From Giardia intestinalis (Eukaryota), in NCBI GenBank assembly GCA_000002435.2, contig CM018792.1: a stretch of DNA of 64,000 bases. One strand, written 5' to 3'. The first letter of the stretch is position 1, and each line of letters starts with the position of its first letter. Position numbers and translations under genes: made by a program. Below, in pieces: positions 45,464 through 55,187 of the stretch. The notes under the pieces are model-generated. The model did not search any database. It saw only the letters and a program-made list of their open reading frames with translations, and was not told the origin of the DNA.

Positions 45464-48400
45464 ATGCTTTTGCTCGGTTTACTCTCCGCGTCCTACCTTT
45501 TTATATTCTACAAGCCTGCTTCCTTCGTTGCCGATGAAACTGCGTTTGCAGATCTACAGAGGATCGGCCAGCAAAGCTGCTTAAACAGCGCTAGTCCATC
45601 CCCCATGCCACAGGGGTTCCAAACCCGGTATGAGAAGGATATCACCGCTGAAGCAGCCAAGTGCCAAAACACATGTCAAGTAAGTGGCGGAGCTCCTTGG
45701 ACTCAGTATAATAATATAAATAACCCCGATCACCTATTATATAATGTTATGTGCATCTATCTAATGGCCCTAGCCTATAAATGCCCTCAGTCCACGCACA
45801 ACTCAGCAGATAGCTATAGGAGCGCGATAGAATACGCAGTAAAGTATCTAGCAGACCACGGACTTCAGACAACATATTTAACTCAAGATACCAATACAAC
45901 TAGGACTCTAATTCTTGCTGTGGAGGTCCCCACTTATATCTCTAAATTTCTTCCATTACTTGTGGAAGCGTCATCCTCTCCATCACAGTCATCTGATATG
46001 CAAACTCACTTGCTGAAGATAACAGAAAACATATTTTCATACGTCCCACAATTCACTGATTTGGCAAGCTGTTCAGCCAGGTCAAATGTGTGGAGTGACC
46101 CGGCCAAGTGCCCATACTCAGGTGTTCAGCTGGAAGCGTTTCTAAATAGTATATTCCTTACTCTAAACAAGTTTATCCAAGATAAAGTCAACACCCTAGG
46201 AAATGCGGAGTCCCTGGCGGCATACTTTCGACAAATGCCTACAAACTACTCCCAAACCAGCAATTATTACGTCGATGGCTACCGACTGGACTCGTCCATA
46301 GATCTGTACTACTCCATGCCAATGCAGGGCAGCACAGCATTTGACATTATCTTAGAGACTCTGCGTGCTGTGGAATACTTTGGGTCTGAGGAGAACGAGT
46401 GCGGCTCACGAATATTGGCGACGCTTTACTCTTTCTTCAATCACTCCATTCTTCCATACATGCAGCAATGCAGGCTCTCCGATGCCATTGCCGGTGCACT
46501 GGTGGTCGACGGAGTTCTTGATGGGCATGCTCGCCACGAGATCGCCATAGCGTTGTTTGCTCACATGCACGTACTAGCTGTTTCTAAGGGGTACATACCC
46601 AATTCATTGCCTGAAAATGTAACTGCTCTACTGAATGCGTTCTCGTACCAGGCCAATCAGTGTTTTTCAGCATCTTCTGCAAAGCTTCCCGCTAAATTTG
46701 CATATGGATGTCATTGTGCACTTAGTTTACTTGGGATCAATGCCGTCGCACATTATCATGCAGACGACTTGAAATCAAAGCGGACAGGGGTCCTCTGGCA
46801 GCCGTATGCTGACACTATTTCGATAGTGACCAAGGATCTCGACATCGTGTACGCGATGAGCTCTTACAAAACAGCATACTACAATTGTATTAACAACACA
46901 AATCGTCGTGGGTGGTATCAGAGGGCAGGACACCAATACGTTTATCCAAAAGAGCATCCTAACAAGTACATTAATTATTATCCCTCAATGGAGACCTTTG
47001 CATATCAGGGCGTTGTTGCAGCCAGGGCGCAACTTAAGGATTGTCAGTACCAAAATAACAAGGCAAGTGATAAGCGTGGGTCTACCAACGCCGGATTGGT
47101 TACCGTTGATACTGATGCAGCAATCGTCTACGAGCACATCCATCCTGATACCCGCAATGCATACTTAAAGCTCTTCTACCTTGAGGAGGCGGCAAACGCG
47201 GACGTGAAGAACACTTTCAGCAACAATGTCGCCATTCATACTCTTCTACTCTCCAATATGACTGCAGCTAATCCGTCTACCCAAATACATGATAACATAC
47301 TCGCAATCCCTCTTGGCAGCACAAAGGCTGTCGTTAGTGTGTTCTCTCTCGCAGGACAAAGAGTAGACACAGCCCCTGGAGACGATTGGACAAACACGGA
47401 CAGCGTGAAGTATGCATACGTCAAACTATCGTTTCCAGCCGATCAAGGGGCAGCTGACCAAAGCCCCACGCCCTCGCGTGGCCCAGAGGCCACATCCTAT
47501 GTCACAGGGGTGTGCTTCCATGCCTTCAGTGGGCCAGTAAAGGGACGCATCAAAGAGCTATCAGGGAGCTATGCTGAGCAAGGAGGTGTCTTACCACCAG
47601 ATTCTTCATCAAGTAATGTAAGGCAATACTTTTTGCAACTTCGGATGCGAGTTATGCCGGGCACGGAGTCCTCAAGTAAGTTAGCAATCTACACGTACTT
47701 TCCACGGCTCAGCTCCAGTGTTACAGAGACCGAGTTCAACAAGCTGTGTTCACAGTACAATGGCTCAGTATTCATCAATGGGCAACCAAATCCATCAAGC
47801 TACACATATCAGCAGATCGAGAACGTGCACTTTATCGTTGGAAAGTCCATTGCAAAGAGATATGTGGAGTTTCACGCCATGGCTTTCCTGAAGCCATCAG
47901 AGAGCGTGTTTTACCGAAATGCCACACTTCAGGCGAAGAGTACCGGATTCGTTGCCTTCAAAGCACGCGAGCGCACGCTGCAAATGTCGCTGGTGGACGT
48001 TACCCAGGACAGGCGAGCCGTGAACATGACCCTCTTTAATCTGTCTATTTACGACTTCCTGGAGACCAGCTGTAATCCCAAGAATGCCGATGATCAGATA
48101 CAGCTCTCTGTTCCAGGAATCAACGCCGTATTCTGCTCATGCAAGATGACCTTCAAGCTTACCTCATCCGAAGAGCATGCGTTATTCATGCATAAGGTGA
48201 CAATTGCCTCTGTGACCGTAACGATTTTAATAGCTATTGCGGTCATCATTACCATAGTTGTTATTTTGATCATGAAGAAGCGGTTAAAAGGCGGAGAGAA
48301 ACGTCTACGAAAGGTCCGTGAGAGGAAACAGATAACTGACGCTCAGATACGCTCAGATGCGGTAATAAAGAAGATGGCCAGGCACAGAGGAGAGAAGGAG

Positions 48401-48517
48401 CCACAGGACAAAACGTATCTGGACAACAATTTCCAGGATTCGTTCAGCGCTGATAAGATAGCTGACCTGGCAGAGACAATGTTTAGTAGAGGTGGCTTGG
48501 GAGAGAGCTACCTTTGA
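45464..48517 (+). CDS. Hypothetical type I membrane protein (~1017 aa): signal peptide, large ectodomain, one C-terminal TM helix, basic tail
   Basis: The track ORF starts at a GTG at 45425. The first ATG is at 45464 (MLLLGLLSASYLFIFYKPASF, signal-like). The TM helix is VTIASVTVTILIAIAVIITIVVILI, followed by MKKRLKGGEKRLRKVRERKQ. Confidence 0.55.
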   Translation: MLLLGLLSASYLFIFYKPASFVADETAFADLQRIGQQSCLNSASPSPMPQGFQTRYEKDITAEAAKCQNTCQVSGGAPWTQYNNINNPDHLLYNVMCIYLMALAYKCPQSTHNSADSYRSAIEYAVKYLADHGLQTTYLTQDTNTTRTLILAVEVPTYISKFLPLLVEASSSPSQSSDMQTHLLKITENIFSYVPQFTDLASCSARSNVWSDPAKCPYSGVQLEAFLNSIFLTLNKFIQDKVNTLGNAESLAAYFRQMPTNYSQTSNYYVDGYRLDSSIDLYYSMPMQGSTAFDIILETLRAVEYFGSEENECGSRILATLYSFFNHSILPYMQQCRLSDAIAGALVVDGVLDGHARHEIAIALFAHMHVLAVSKGYIPNSLPENVTALLNAFSYQANQCFSASSAKLPAKFAYGCHCALSLLGINAVAHYHADDLKSKRTGVLWQPYADTISIVTKDLDIVYAMSSYKTAYYNCINNTNRRGWYQRAGHQYVYPKEHPNKYINYYPSMETFAYQGVVAARAQLKDCQYQNNKASDKRGSTNAGLVTVDTDAAIVYEHIHPDTRNAYLKLFYLEEAANADVKNTFSNNVAIHTLLLSNMTAANPSTQIHDNILAIPLGSTKAVVSVFSLAGQRVDTAPGDDWTNTDSVKYAYVKLSFPADQGAADQSPTPSRGPEATSYVTGVCFHAFSGPVKGRIKELSGSYAEQGGVLPPDSSSSNVRQYFLQLRMRVMPGTESSSKLAIYTYFPRLSSSVTETEFNKLCSQYNGSVFINGQPNPSSYTYQQIENVHFIVGKSIAKRYVEFHAMAFLKPSESVFYRNATLQAKSTGFVAFKARERTLQMSLVDVTQDRRAVNMTLFNLSIYDFLETSCNPKNADDQIQLSVPGINAVFCSCKMTFKLTSSEEHALFMHKVTIASVTVTILIAIAVIITIVVILIMKKRLKGGEKRLRKVRERKQITDAQIRSDAVIKKMARHRGEKEPQDKTYLDNNFQDSFSADKIADLAETMFSRGGLGESYL

Positions 48518-48562
48518 ATGCGACAGGTATCAGCCTGTTATTCTAATTATTTTTGGTCTGAA

Positions 48563-49900
48563 ATGAAACTGACTCACCTTTCCTCACGCACCTCAACGTA
48601 CCCCTCCCTCTGCGCCCACTGGGTGGGGACAGACATAGTCGTTGTTGCGGGCGGTGGTGGTGCAGACCGCTCTGGACGTGAGAATAGAATAGAGCTGCTT
48701 CTCGCTGATGGCCTCGAGGAAGTTGCCCATGAAGTCTTGGATGGTGAGCCTGTTTTCTTCCTTGCTCCTGCGACTCATAGCACGTGCTTCTTTGCCGCCT
48801 TGCGGATGAGCTCTATTGCCGTATATGAGATTACAGGCTTGAACGCTTCTGGTACAGAATCGCCAATCCTGGCACTACACAATCAGACAGGGTGGAATGA
48901 TGTGGGAGAGAAACAGCGCATAACCGCTGTTTATGGGTGCGGTGACTATTTGGCCTTTTGTACAGTACACGAGGACACAAGAACAAGTTCCCTTCACATT
49001 TGGTGCTACTCTTGTAATAATGTTGAGAGCGATGACTCTACTCACTCCGCTACCGTTTCATTTGTTTCGCTACCTTCTACTTCTCTTCCTCTACGTTCTA
49101 CTCCCATTTCCATGGTACCCCACATCTCTGAAAAGCACACTGATTTATATGTTGTAAGTCGACAAGGGGAGGTTTCATGCGTATCCCCGGCGCAAATCCC
49201 GCACATTCTGGGGACTGCAACTCCATACAATCAGCATCCGCTTTCTTCCACCGTGCCCATGTCTCAGCCAGAGCCCGGGGCACGTCTCTGCGCAGCTGGC
49301 CAGGAGCAGCTTGTTAGTGGCACAGACGTTCTCAGAGCTCTCTACCCGCTCCATCTGGACACAACACACGCACTTGCGGGTCACTTTGTCGCCCACTTTA
49401 CCGGGAAACGTTCGTGCTCATTATGTCTTCTAGACCAGTGTCTCATCCCTGTCAAGACCTGCCGGGTAAGCTCGACCTTGTCGTGCGGGATCAGCCGCTT
49501 TCACGAGGACTCTGCTGTCGTCTTTATGGTTCTTTCTGACGGAAGCGTCCTAACGTTTGACGCACTGACCCTCACACGTCTTAACTCATACCGGGGAAGC
49601 GAGGACTCTCTTCTTACTGCGCTGGAGCTCACTAGCGGATCGTCTAGGTGCATTGTGGTGTCTCCGGCTGGTGTAGAAATCTGCTCCCTGCACCCAATCA
49701 ACAGCAGCCTTCAAAGTGCATACCGCACAGCACTCTTTATCTCCATCTTTATGGTCGTCGTTCTTGCAATAGGGATTTACTACAGATACCTGGAGAATAC
49801 GGGTAGCCTAGACTCACATCTTCTGTTCATAAAACTTAATCGTATGGTGTCTAGAAAGAATGCGTGGAAAACAAGCGGGTCTGGCGAGATCAGGATTTAG
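48563..49900 (+). CDS. Sec12/PREB-like protein (candidate Sar1 guanine-nucleotide exchange factor); beta-propeller with a C-terminal membrane anchor (~445 aa)
   Basis: The track ORF begins at ATG 48518, directly abutting the previous stop (TGAATG). The in-frame ATG at 48563 gives MKLTHLSSRTSTYPSLCAHWVGTDIVVVAGGGGADRSGRENRIELL. From memory, this parallels yeast Sec12 [45 protein letters not shown], including the GGGGxxxxGxxN K-loop. There is a single C-terminal TM (ALFISIFMVVVLAIGIYY), as in type II Sec12. The sequence preceding 48563 is AT-rich (ttattctaattatttttggtctgaa). Confidence 0.45.
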   Translation: MKLTHLSSRTSTYPSLCAHWVGTDIVVVAGGGGADRSGRENRIELLLADGLEEVAHEVLDGEPVFFLAPATHSTCFFAALRMSSIAVYEITGLNASGTESPILALHNQTGWNDVGEKQRITAVYGCGDYLAFCTVHEDTRTSSLHIWCYSCNNVESDDSTHSATVSFVSLPSTSLPLRSTPISMVPHISEKHTDLYVVSRQGEVSCVSPAQIPHILGTATPYNQHPLSSTVPMSQPEPGARLCAAGQEQLVSGTDVLRALYPLHLDTTHALAGHFVAHFTGKRSCSLCLLDQCLIPVKTCRVSSTLSCGISRFHEDSAVVFMVLSDGSVLTFDALTLTRLNSYRGSEDSLLTALELTSGSSRCIVVSPAGVEICSLHPINSSLQSAYRTALFISIFMVVVLAIGIYYRYLENTGSLDSHLLFIKLNRMVSRKNAWKTSGSGEIRI

Positions 49901-52889
49901 ATAAGTTGACCTGCTTCAGTGCATCCCTGGCTGCTTTTGTCGTAGCAAAGTCCCACGCTCCTCGACCATCCTTCGTTCTTAGACCCAGTTCGTGGTCTAC
50001 GAGTAAAGTAATGGCTTCCGCATGGGCATGCTTGCACGCGCTCATGAGGGCTGTGTACCCATCTGTCCTTTGCATCCCCTTTTCATGGGGGAGTAGAATA
50101 GACAGGCATTTGATAAATCCGTGGCTTGCGGCGCTCATAAGGGCGGTCTGTCCATTTTTGAGCTGCATACCACTCTCGTGTTTGGCCAGATACCCTACCG
50201 ACTTAGTGTGGCCTTCCTGGACGGCAAACATCAGGGCACTGAAGCCTCTCCGTGTTGGTATACGGGCCTCGTGCGGAACAAGAAGCTTGATGACGGCGAG
50301 ATTTCCTCTCTGGGCAGCCAACGCCAGGGCTGTGTATCTCCGTCTGTCCTTTATCCCAGCCTCATAGGGTATGAGCAAGCTGACAATTTCCTCATGACCT
50401 TTAACAGACGCTAACATAAGGGCAGTCCGTCCATCCCGGCGCTGAAGTCTTGTCTCATGTTGCAAGAGGAGCCTGACCACCTCGATATGCCCATGCCACG
50501 CAGCAAGCATAAGGGCCGTAGACCCCTCCCATGCCTTTTCCTTGGGGTCTGCTGGCAGGGGTGCCTGCAATCCGGCCTCCTTTTCTATTAAAAGGGCTGC
50601 AAGATCTGCATAGTTCAACACCGCAGCATAGGCCAGTGCCGTATAACCTGTGGTGCTAAACTGGCCGGCTTGATGTATGAATTCCTTAACCTGAGGAGTG
50701 CTACACGCTTTCACCGCCTTCATTAGGTCCGTTAAGGTCGGCTCGTAATGCGTGGGCGGAGTGTCAGGCTCTAGATTTATTAGTGGCCTGTGACTTGTGC
50801 TCACGTCGATAATTTCTTTGAGCTCATGCGCACCAGATTCGGCCGCAAGCTCTGCAGGCTTTTTCCCGTCTTCATTTGCTATACTCCGCTCATAAGGAGC
50901 AAGAATCCGTACACAATCTTTTGAATTGCATCTCACTGCGTGATGCAAAGCCGTGGAGCCCGTCGAATCAGTCAACTTTCCTTCTAGTGGCAGAAGATCA
51001 CGAACAACGCCAAAGCTGTTCTTTTGAGCCGCGTGCATCAAGGCTGTACATCCATCGTTGTCCCTCATACGCGCTTCCTCCTTGACCAGTAACTCAACTG
51101 CGTCCGGAAGATCCGCCATAGCTGCCAGCATAAGTGCAGTATAGCCACGCTCTGTCTTGAGGGAATGTAGGGATTGAAGCAGGTAACGAATCGAATCGGT
51201 GCTATCGTTAAGCGCGGCAACGTGGAGTGCTGTCAACCCTCCTGGGGCCAGGCAGGTTGCTTCGCGTTTGATAAGAAAAGATAACACGTCCGCTTTATTT
51301 TCCTCTGCTGCGATATGTATGGCAGCATAGCCATTGTCATTCTGTATCTTTCCTTCCAGCACATGCAGATGCCGTACAGCATCCTTGCTCCCTATTTTTG
51401 CAGCCATCATGAGGGCGGTAGTCCCAGTTAAATCTTTTCGCTTAGCTTCTTTGTTGGCCAGCTCAGCAATTGCATCAATACTGTTCTGCTGCGTTGCGAT
51501 CATGAGAGCCGTAAAACCATTGCTGGTCGTCATACCCCCTTCATATTTCCAGAGAACCTTGCAGACATCAGCATTGTTATGGCATGCAGCATACATAAGA
51601 GCAGTCCACCCTCTCTCTGTACACACTTTGCCTCTCTCTGTCTTCGCGAGCAGTTTTGCTATTGCTGAATGACCGCAAATTGCTGCATGCATCAGAGCTG
51701 TTCTCCCGGTTGTATCGACCACCATAGAATAGCATTGCATGAGCTTCTTCACAGAGTGCCGGTCGTTGTTCCGTGCAGCAATCATCATATCTGTCCATTG
51801 TTCCTCTACTGCCTCGGAGGGCCTCCTATAGTCAGCAGGAAGAGATGTCATTGCAGTTGTCGCGGAAGACACAACAGACACAGAATCATCTATTGCACCT
51901 ATCTCAGCAGGGGTGCACTCGTCCTTTGACAAAGCAGGCTCCGATGCAGCCTGATCTGACGAGGCAGACTCCGCACAAACAGTGCCGGAATCAGAGTAGT
52001 CTAAGAGATCAAAATCTGCCGTTTTTAGTCCAGTCAAGTTCTTACCATCATAAAGTAACAGTGGGGCCGAGACTATCCTGGGGTTATTTTGCAGAGCCAT
52101 GGCCGGAAGCCTGCGGGCGGGTATGGGAGAAAGAAGGATAGATAGAACAGGCTTGATGTCCTTGTCATAAGATGGTGGAAGAGATATCGTCTCCATGATG
52201 GTCATACTCATATTGTATGCCTCCATAACGGGGCTAACTCTTAAGGGCTTGAGTCCAGTAATAAACTCGTAAATCAAACAGCCCAAAGACCACAGATCTG
52301 CCTTCTCTGTGAGTGTGCCCTGCAGCTCTGATTTTGCTACCGCGTGAAGAAGTTCTGGAGGTGCATAACAATACATCTCTTGGTTGTCTAAAAGAGCCTC
52401 CCCAATACTAAGCGAATCGGGCAGAACATAGTCCACAACCTTAAGGAGCCCCTTGCTACAGAGAATCCGCTCTGGGGTCAAGATGCCGGCAAGGACAACG
52501 CCCACGTCTGAGTCTGGCTTAACTTTACTATGTAAGTAGGCTAACGCCTTTAAGAGCTGCATAAGCGAAGAGTGCACATCATCAAGAGATGGTTTTTTCA
52601 GCGCCCGTAGCTCTGCAAGAGTCTGACCGGCAGAATACAAAATGTAATGCTTCTGCTCACCCTCGTCACAAATGACATCGGCGATTTGGCCTACATGCTG
52701 ACAGACCATTTTCCGCGCCCCGCTGATGCGCGCAGAGAGCCTCTCTTGCTGCGTGGGGGTCAGACAAGCATAAGATAGTTCTCTGCAAATGTATCGAGCT
52801 TTATCCCTTTTTGCTTCCACTGTGTACAAACACCTATCGAGTCCCTGGCCCCATAGTGCTCCTGGCTCATAATTGGAGGCCAGTTTCAT
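49890..52889 (-). CDS. NEK-like protein kinase (probably catalytically inactive) with a long C-terminal ankyrin-repeat array (999 aa)
   Basis: True ATG at 52887-52889. The kinase-like N-terminus has subdomain VIII/IX motifs (YAPPELL, DLWSLGCLIYEF). However, HRD is replaced by HSK and DFG by DYV. It is followed by more than 15 ankyrin repeats (GxTALMxAAxxGHxxxVxxLL). This is the architecture of the Giardia NEK/'21.1' expansion. Confidence 0.8.
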   Translation of the reverse strand: MKLASNYEPGALWGQGLDRCLYTVEAKRDKARYICRELSYACLTPTQQERLSARISGARKMVCQHVGQIADVICDEGEQKHYILYSAGQTLAELRALKKPSLDDVHSSLMQLLKALAYLHSKVKPDSDVGVVLAGILTPERILCSKGLLKVVDYVLPDSLSIGEALLDNQEMYCYAPPELLHAVAKSELQGTLTEKADLWSLGCLIYEFITGLKPLRVSPVMEAYNMSMTIMETISLPPSYDKDIKPVLSILLSPIPARRLPAMALQNNPRIVSAPLLLYDGKNLTGLKTADFDLLDYSDSGTVCAESASSDQAASEPALSKDECTPAEIGAIDDSVSVVSSATTAMTSLPADYRRPSEAVEEQWTDMMIAARNNDRHSVKKLMQCYSMVVDTTGRTALMHAAICGHSAIAKLLAKTERGKVCTERGWTALMYAACHNNADVCKVLWKYEGGMTTSNGFTALMIATQQNSIDAIAELANKEAKRKDLTGTTALMMAAKIGSKDAVRHLHVLEGKIQNDNGYAAIHIAAEENKADVLSFLIKREATCLAPGGLTALHVAALNDSTDSIRYLLQSLHSLKTERGYTALMLAAMADLPDAVELLVKEEARMRDNDGCTALMHAAQKNSFGVVRDLLPLEGKLTDSTGSTALHHAVRCNSKDCVRILAPYERSIANEDGKKPAELAAESGAHELKEIIDVSTSHRPLINLEPDTPPTHYEPTLTDLMKAVKACSTPQVKEFIHQAGQFSTTGYTALAYAAVLNYADLAALLIEKEAGLQAPLPADPKEKAWEGSTALMLAAWHGHIEVVRLLLQHETRLQRRDGRTALMLASVKGHEEIVSLLIPYEAGIKDRRRYTALALAAQRGNLAVIKLLVPHEARIPTRRGFSALMFAVQEGHTKSVGYLAKHESGMQLKNGQTALMSAASHGFIKCLSILLPHEKGMQRTDGYTALMSACKHAHAEAITLLVDHELGLRTKDGRGAWDFATTKAARDALKQVNLSKS

Positions 52890-52929
52890 AGTGACTTTTA
52901 AAAACCCTTTAAACTATTGTACCTATCTA
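52890..52929. promoter_or_regulatory. 40-bp AT-rich divergent intergenic region shared by NEK/ankyrin (minus) and the E2 gene (plus); putative bidirectional core promoter
   Basis: The sequence agtgacttttaaaaaccctttaaactattgtacctatcta lies between the ATG at 52889 (minus strand) and the ATG at 52930 (plus strand). Confidence 0.4.
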
Positions 52930-53367
52930 ATGTCCATCTCACGCTTACAGAGTGAATTTAAGCGCTTACAGCTCATGCCCCCAAGATACATGTTTGTAGA
53001 CTTTGACGGTATTGATCTTTCAGAATGGGAAATCTGCATGATCGGACCCGCGAGCTCCCCTTACGAAGCATGTCTTTTCCATGTGCACCTCTCTATAGGA
53101 AGGGAATACCCTATATCTCCACCTACTATCACATTTAACTCTAGAATACTTCATCCCAACATATCGGACAGGGGGCTTGTATGCCCTAATCTAGTGAATA
53201 AAGACTGGACCCACACCATGGGAATTCAAGATCTCATGGAACTGCTACAGGATATCCTACTGACCCCACGCATGGAGAAGGCATACTTGATGGACATCTG
53301 TGCTGCAAGATTATACGCGTCCGATGTCCGAGCCCTTACGCAAGAAATGGCTAAAATGTCATCATAG
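52930..53367 (+). CDS. Ubiquitin-conjugating enzyme E2 (UBC fold), ~145 aa
   Basis: The track ORF starts at a TTG at 52873. The ATG at 52930 gives MSISRLQSEFKRLQ…PP…F…D…W.C.I.GP..SPYE…F…I…..YP..PP.ITF…ILHPNIS, which matches the UBC signature including HPNI and the catalytic Cys in LVCPNLVNKDW. An AGTAAAT signal lies at 53406-53412. Confidence 0.8.
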   Translation: MSISRLQSEFKRLQLMPPRYMFVDFDGIDLSEWEICMIGPASSPYEACLFHVHLSIGREYPISPPTITFNSRILHPNISDRGLVCPNLVNKDWTHTMGIQDLMELLQDILLTPRMEKAYLMDICAARLYASDVRALTQEMAKMSS

Positions 53368-53405
53368 AGCACAGCAATAATATGCGTCATACTATTGTGT
53401 TATAC

Positions 53406-53412
53406 AGTAAAT
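53406..53412 (+). terminator. Putative polyadenylation signal AGTAAAT after the E2 gene
   Basis: The sequence reads acAGTAAATactgg, about 39 nt after the stop. Confidence 0.3.
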
Positions 53413-53424
53413 ACTGGAGTGTTG

Positions 53425-54384
53425 CTACGGGCTGGTTGAGGGTGCGTCTATTTCCCAGCTAGCCACCTTGGCGCGACAAATTGGGCACTGGTCACTCGTC
53501 TTCTGGAAGCAAGAGGCACAGGAAATGCATAGCAGACGATGGGTACAAGGAAGAGCCCGGATTATGGCTACTTCATCGAGACATATGCTGCAGTGCTCGG
53601 CGCCTGAAACGACATCTGGAGGAAGAGAGTCTATGATAAGAAACTGAAGTCCGGGCCCATAAACTAGCTCCTTGATCAGCTGATTCTGGGAGTTACTGGC
53701 ATAGAGACGCAGATCAGGAGATGGAGCATTTATCAATCGGTACTCGTAAGGGATGAGGATTTTGACTATGTCAGTGTGCTCCTTGGAGATCGCATAAGCA
53801 AGAGCAGACCAGCCTCGAGAATCAACGATAGATGATTCGTGCGGAGCTAACAAGGCTACTACTCGTACGTGACCCAACAAAGATGCACGCATGAGAGCCG
53901 TCACCCCATCCTGATCCTTCATGCCAGCTTCTGTGTCAATAAGCAGGGCTAGAAGGCTGTAGTGGTTAAGGCCGGCGGCTAACATGAGTGCCGTGACACC
54001 GTATGAATCCTGATGTCTTGAGTAGTTTCTAGCGTGTAATTTCACACTAGAGACATCATTTGCTACCACGGACTCCATCAGAGGAGTCCAGCTCAGTGTG
54101 TGGTACTCTGGCTCACATAGATCAGCGACACTTTGCTCACTACCAGCCAGGAGCGCGTGCCTCAGCGCCGAGAAGCCACTGTTATCGCAAACCCCTGCTT
54201 CCTTCTGCAGCAGAGCACGGTGAATGCGCTGATTGTTCCGGGCCGCATGCATCAGGGCAGTCATGCCAGTTGCGTCACGCGTGCCACCTTCTTCGTCAAT
54301 AAGACTGTCAACTTCGGTAGTTTGGCCTTCTGCCGCAGCACACATCAGGGCAGTGCGGCAATAAGTGTCGGCGTTCAGCAGCAT
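53425..54384 (-). CDS. Ankyrin-repeat protein with a C-terminal C3HC4 RING finger (putative E3 ubiquitin ligase), 319 aa
   Basis: True ATG at 54382-54384. It has about 7 ankyrin repeats (TALMCAAAEGQ…, TALMHAARNN…, TALMLAAGLNH…, TALMRASLLGH…). The C-terminus CSICLDEVAIIRALPCTHRLLCISCASCFQKTSDQCPICR fits the RING pattern C-x2-C-x11-C-x-H-x2-C-x2-C-x9-C-x2-C. Confidence 0.75.
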   Translation of the reverse strand: MLLNADTYCRTALMCAAAEGQTTEVDSLIDEEGGTRDATGMTALMHAARNNQRIHRALLQKEAGVCDNSGFSALRHALLAGSEQSVADLCEPEYHTLSWTPLMESVVANDVSSVKLHARNYSRHQDSYGVTALMLAAGLNHYSLLALLIDTEAGMKDQDGVTALMRASLLGHVRVVALLAPHESSIVDSRGWSALAYAISKEHTDIVKILIPYEYRLINAPSPDLRLYASNSQNQLIKELVYGPGLQFLIIDSLPPDVVSGAEHCSICLDEVAIIRALPCTHRLLCISCASCFQKTSDQCPICRAKVASWEIDAPSTSP

Positions 54385-54529
54385 TTAACCGCCGCGATGT
54401 TTAAAAAAGAAAAGTGATGTTCCTTACTTTATGTTCTCAGAAAATCAACAAACCATCCATCTTAGATCGTAAAATAAATTGCCGGTATAAAAATTTCAAA
54501 AGTTGAATTGTGACAGTGAAGCAATCACT

Positions 54530-55012
54530 ATGTCTACTCCTTCTACTCTTGGAGAAAAGGCTTCATCACGGAGCGCCGGTATTTGTTCTTTGATCGCTCA
54601 TGTCTTTAGACGGCATGACATGGAAAAGGACCTCGAAGACTTTGTCGAGAGTCCTGCTGGCATAGCGCTAATTGTGTTCGTATCTTTGTTACTCTTGGCT
54701 ACCATCCTAGTCGTGATCATCGTTCCTATCGTATGCAACCGGCGCCAAAGGCAAGCAGCGAGCTACCAGGCTATGATGACGCCTTCGGGTGTTGTGCGTA
54801 AGTCTCGGCACCCTGTCACAGCGAGGCCCGGCATGGGAGGCCCTGAGTTTAACACCGGTCAGACGCAGCCTCCAACCGTGGCCCCGCCTACCATTGAAAT
54901 GAAAACTACTTTATGGGCGCAGCCATCCAACCCCACCGTCCGTGGATCAGGGATGAGTGCAGGACAAACTGCTGCGCTGTTTCCTCCCGCTGTGACAAGA
55001 GCGGGGTCATAA
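54530..55012 (+). CDS. Small hypothetical single-pass membrane protein (~160 aa)
   Basis: The track ORF starts at a TTG at 54503. The first ATG is at 54530. It has one strong TM helix (IALIVFVSLLLLATILVVIIVPIV) followed by RRQRQ. This is a weak gene call. Confidence 0.3.
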   Translation: MSTPSTLGEKASSRSAGICSLIAHVFRRHDMEKDLEDFVESPAGIALIVFVSLLLLATILVVIIVPIVCNRRQRQAASYQAMMTPSGVVRKSRHPVTARPGMGGPEFNTGQTQPPTVAPPTIEMKTTLWAQPSNPTVRGSGMSAGQTAALFPPAVTRAGS

Positions 55013-55187
55013 AGAGGATAACTGGCCAGGTCAGGCCTGGCCTGCATCACATATTTTGGTTACACCATTTTTCATAGTGAATCTTAAGCAGATATCTTTT
55101 CTCTGGGCTTCACGTTGCCCGTGCTGACGCCCCGTTTGCCCGGGCCAGCAATTCAAAAAGTGGAAATTCGTTAATCCAGAATCCGCA

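Noticed and set aside
48518-48562. An ATG at 48518 that forms TGAATG with the upstream gene's stop, suggesting overlapping or coupled genes
   Set aside because: Zero-length spacing is implausible for Giardia initiation. The downstream in-frame ATG at 48563 has an AT-rich leader and gives the Sec12-like N-terminus. The question is kept open in the findings.
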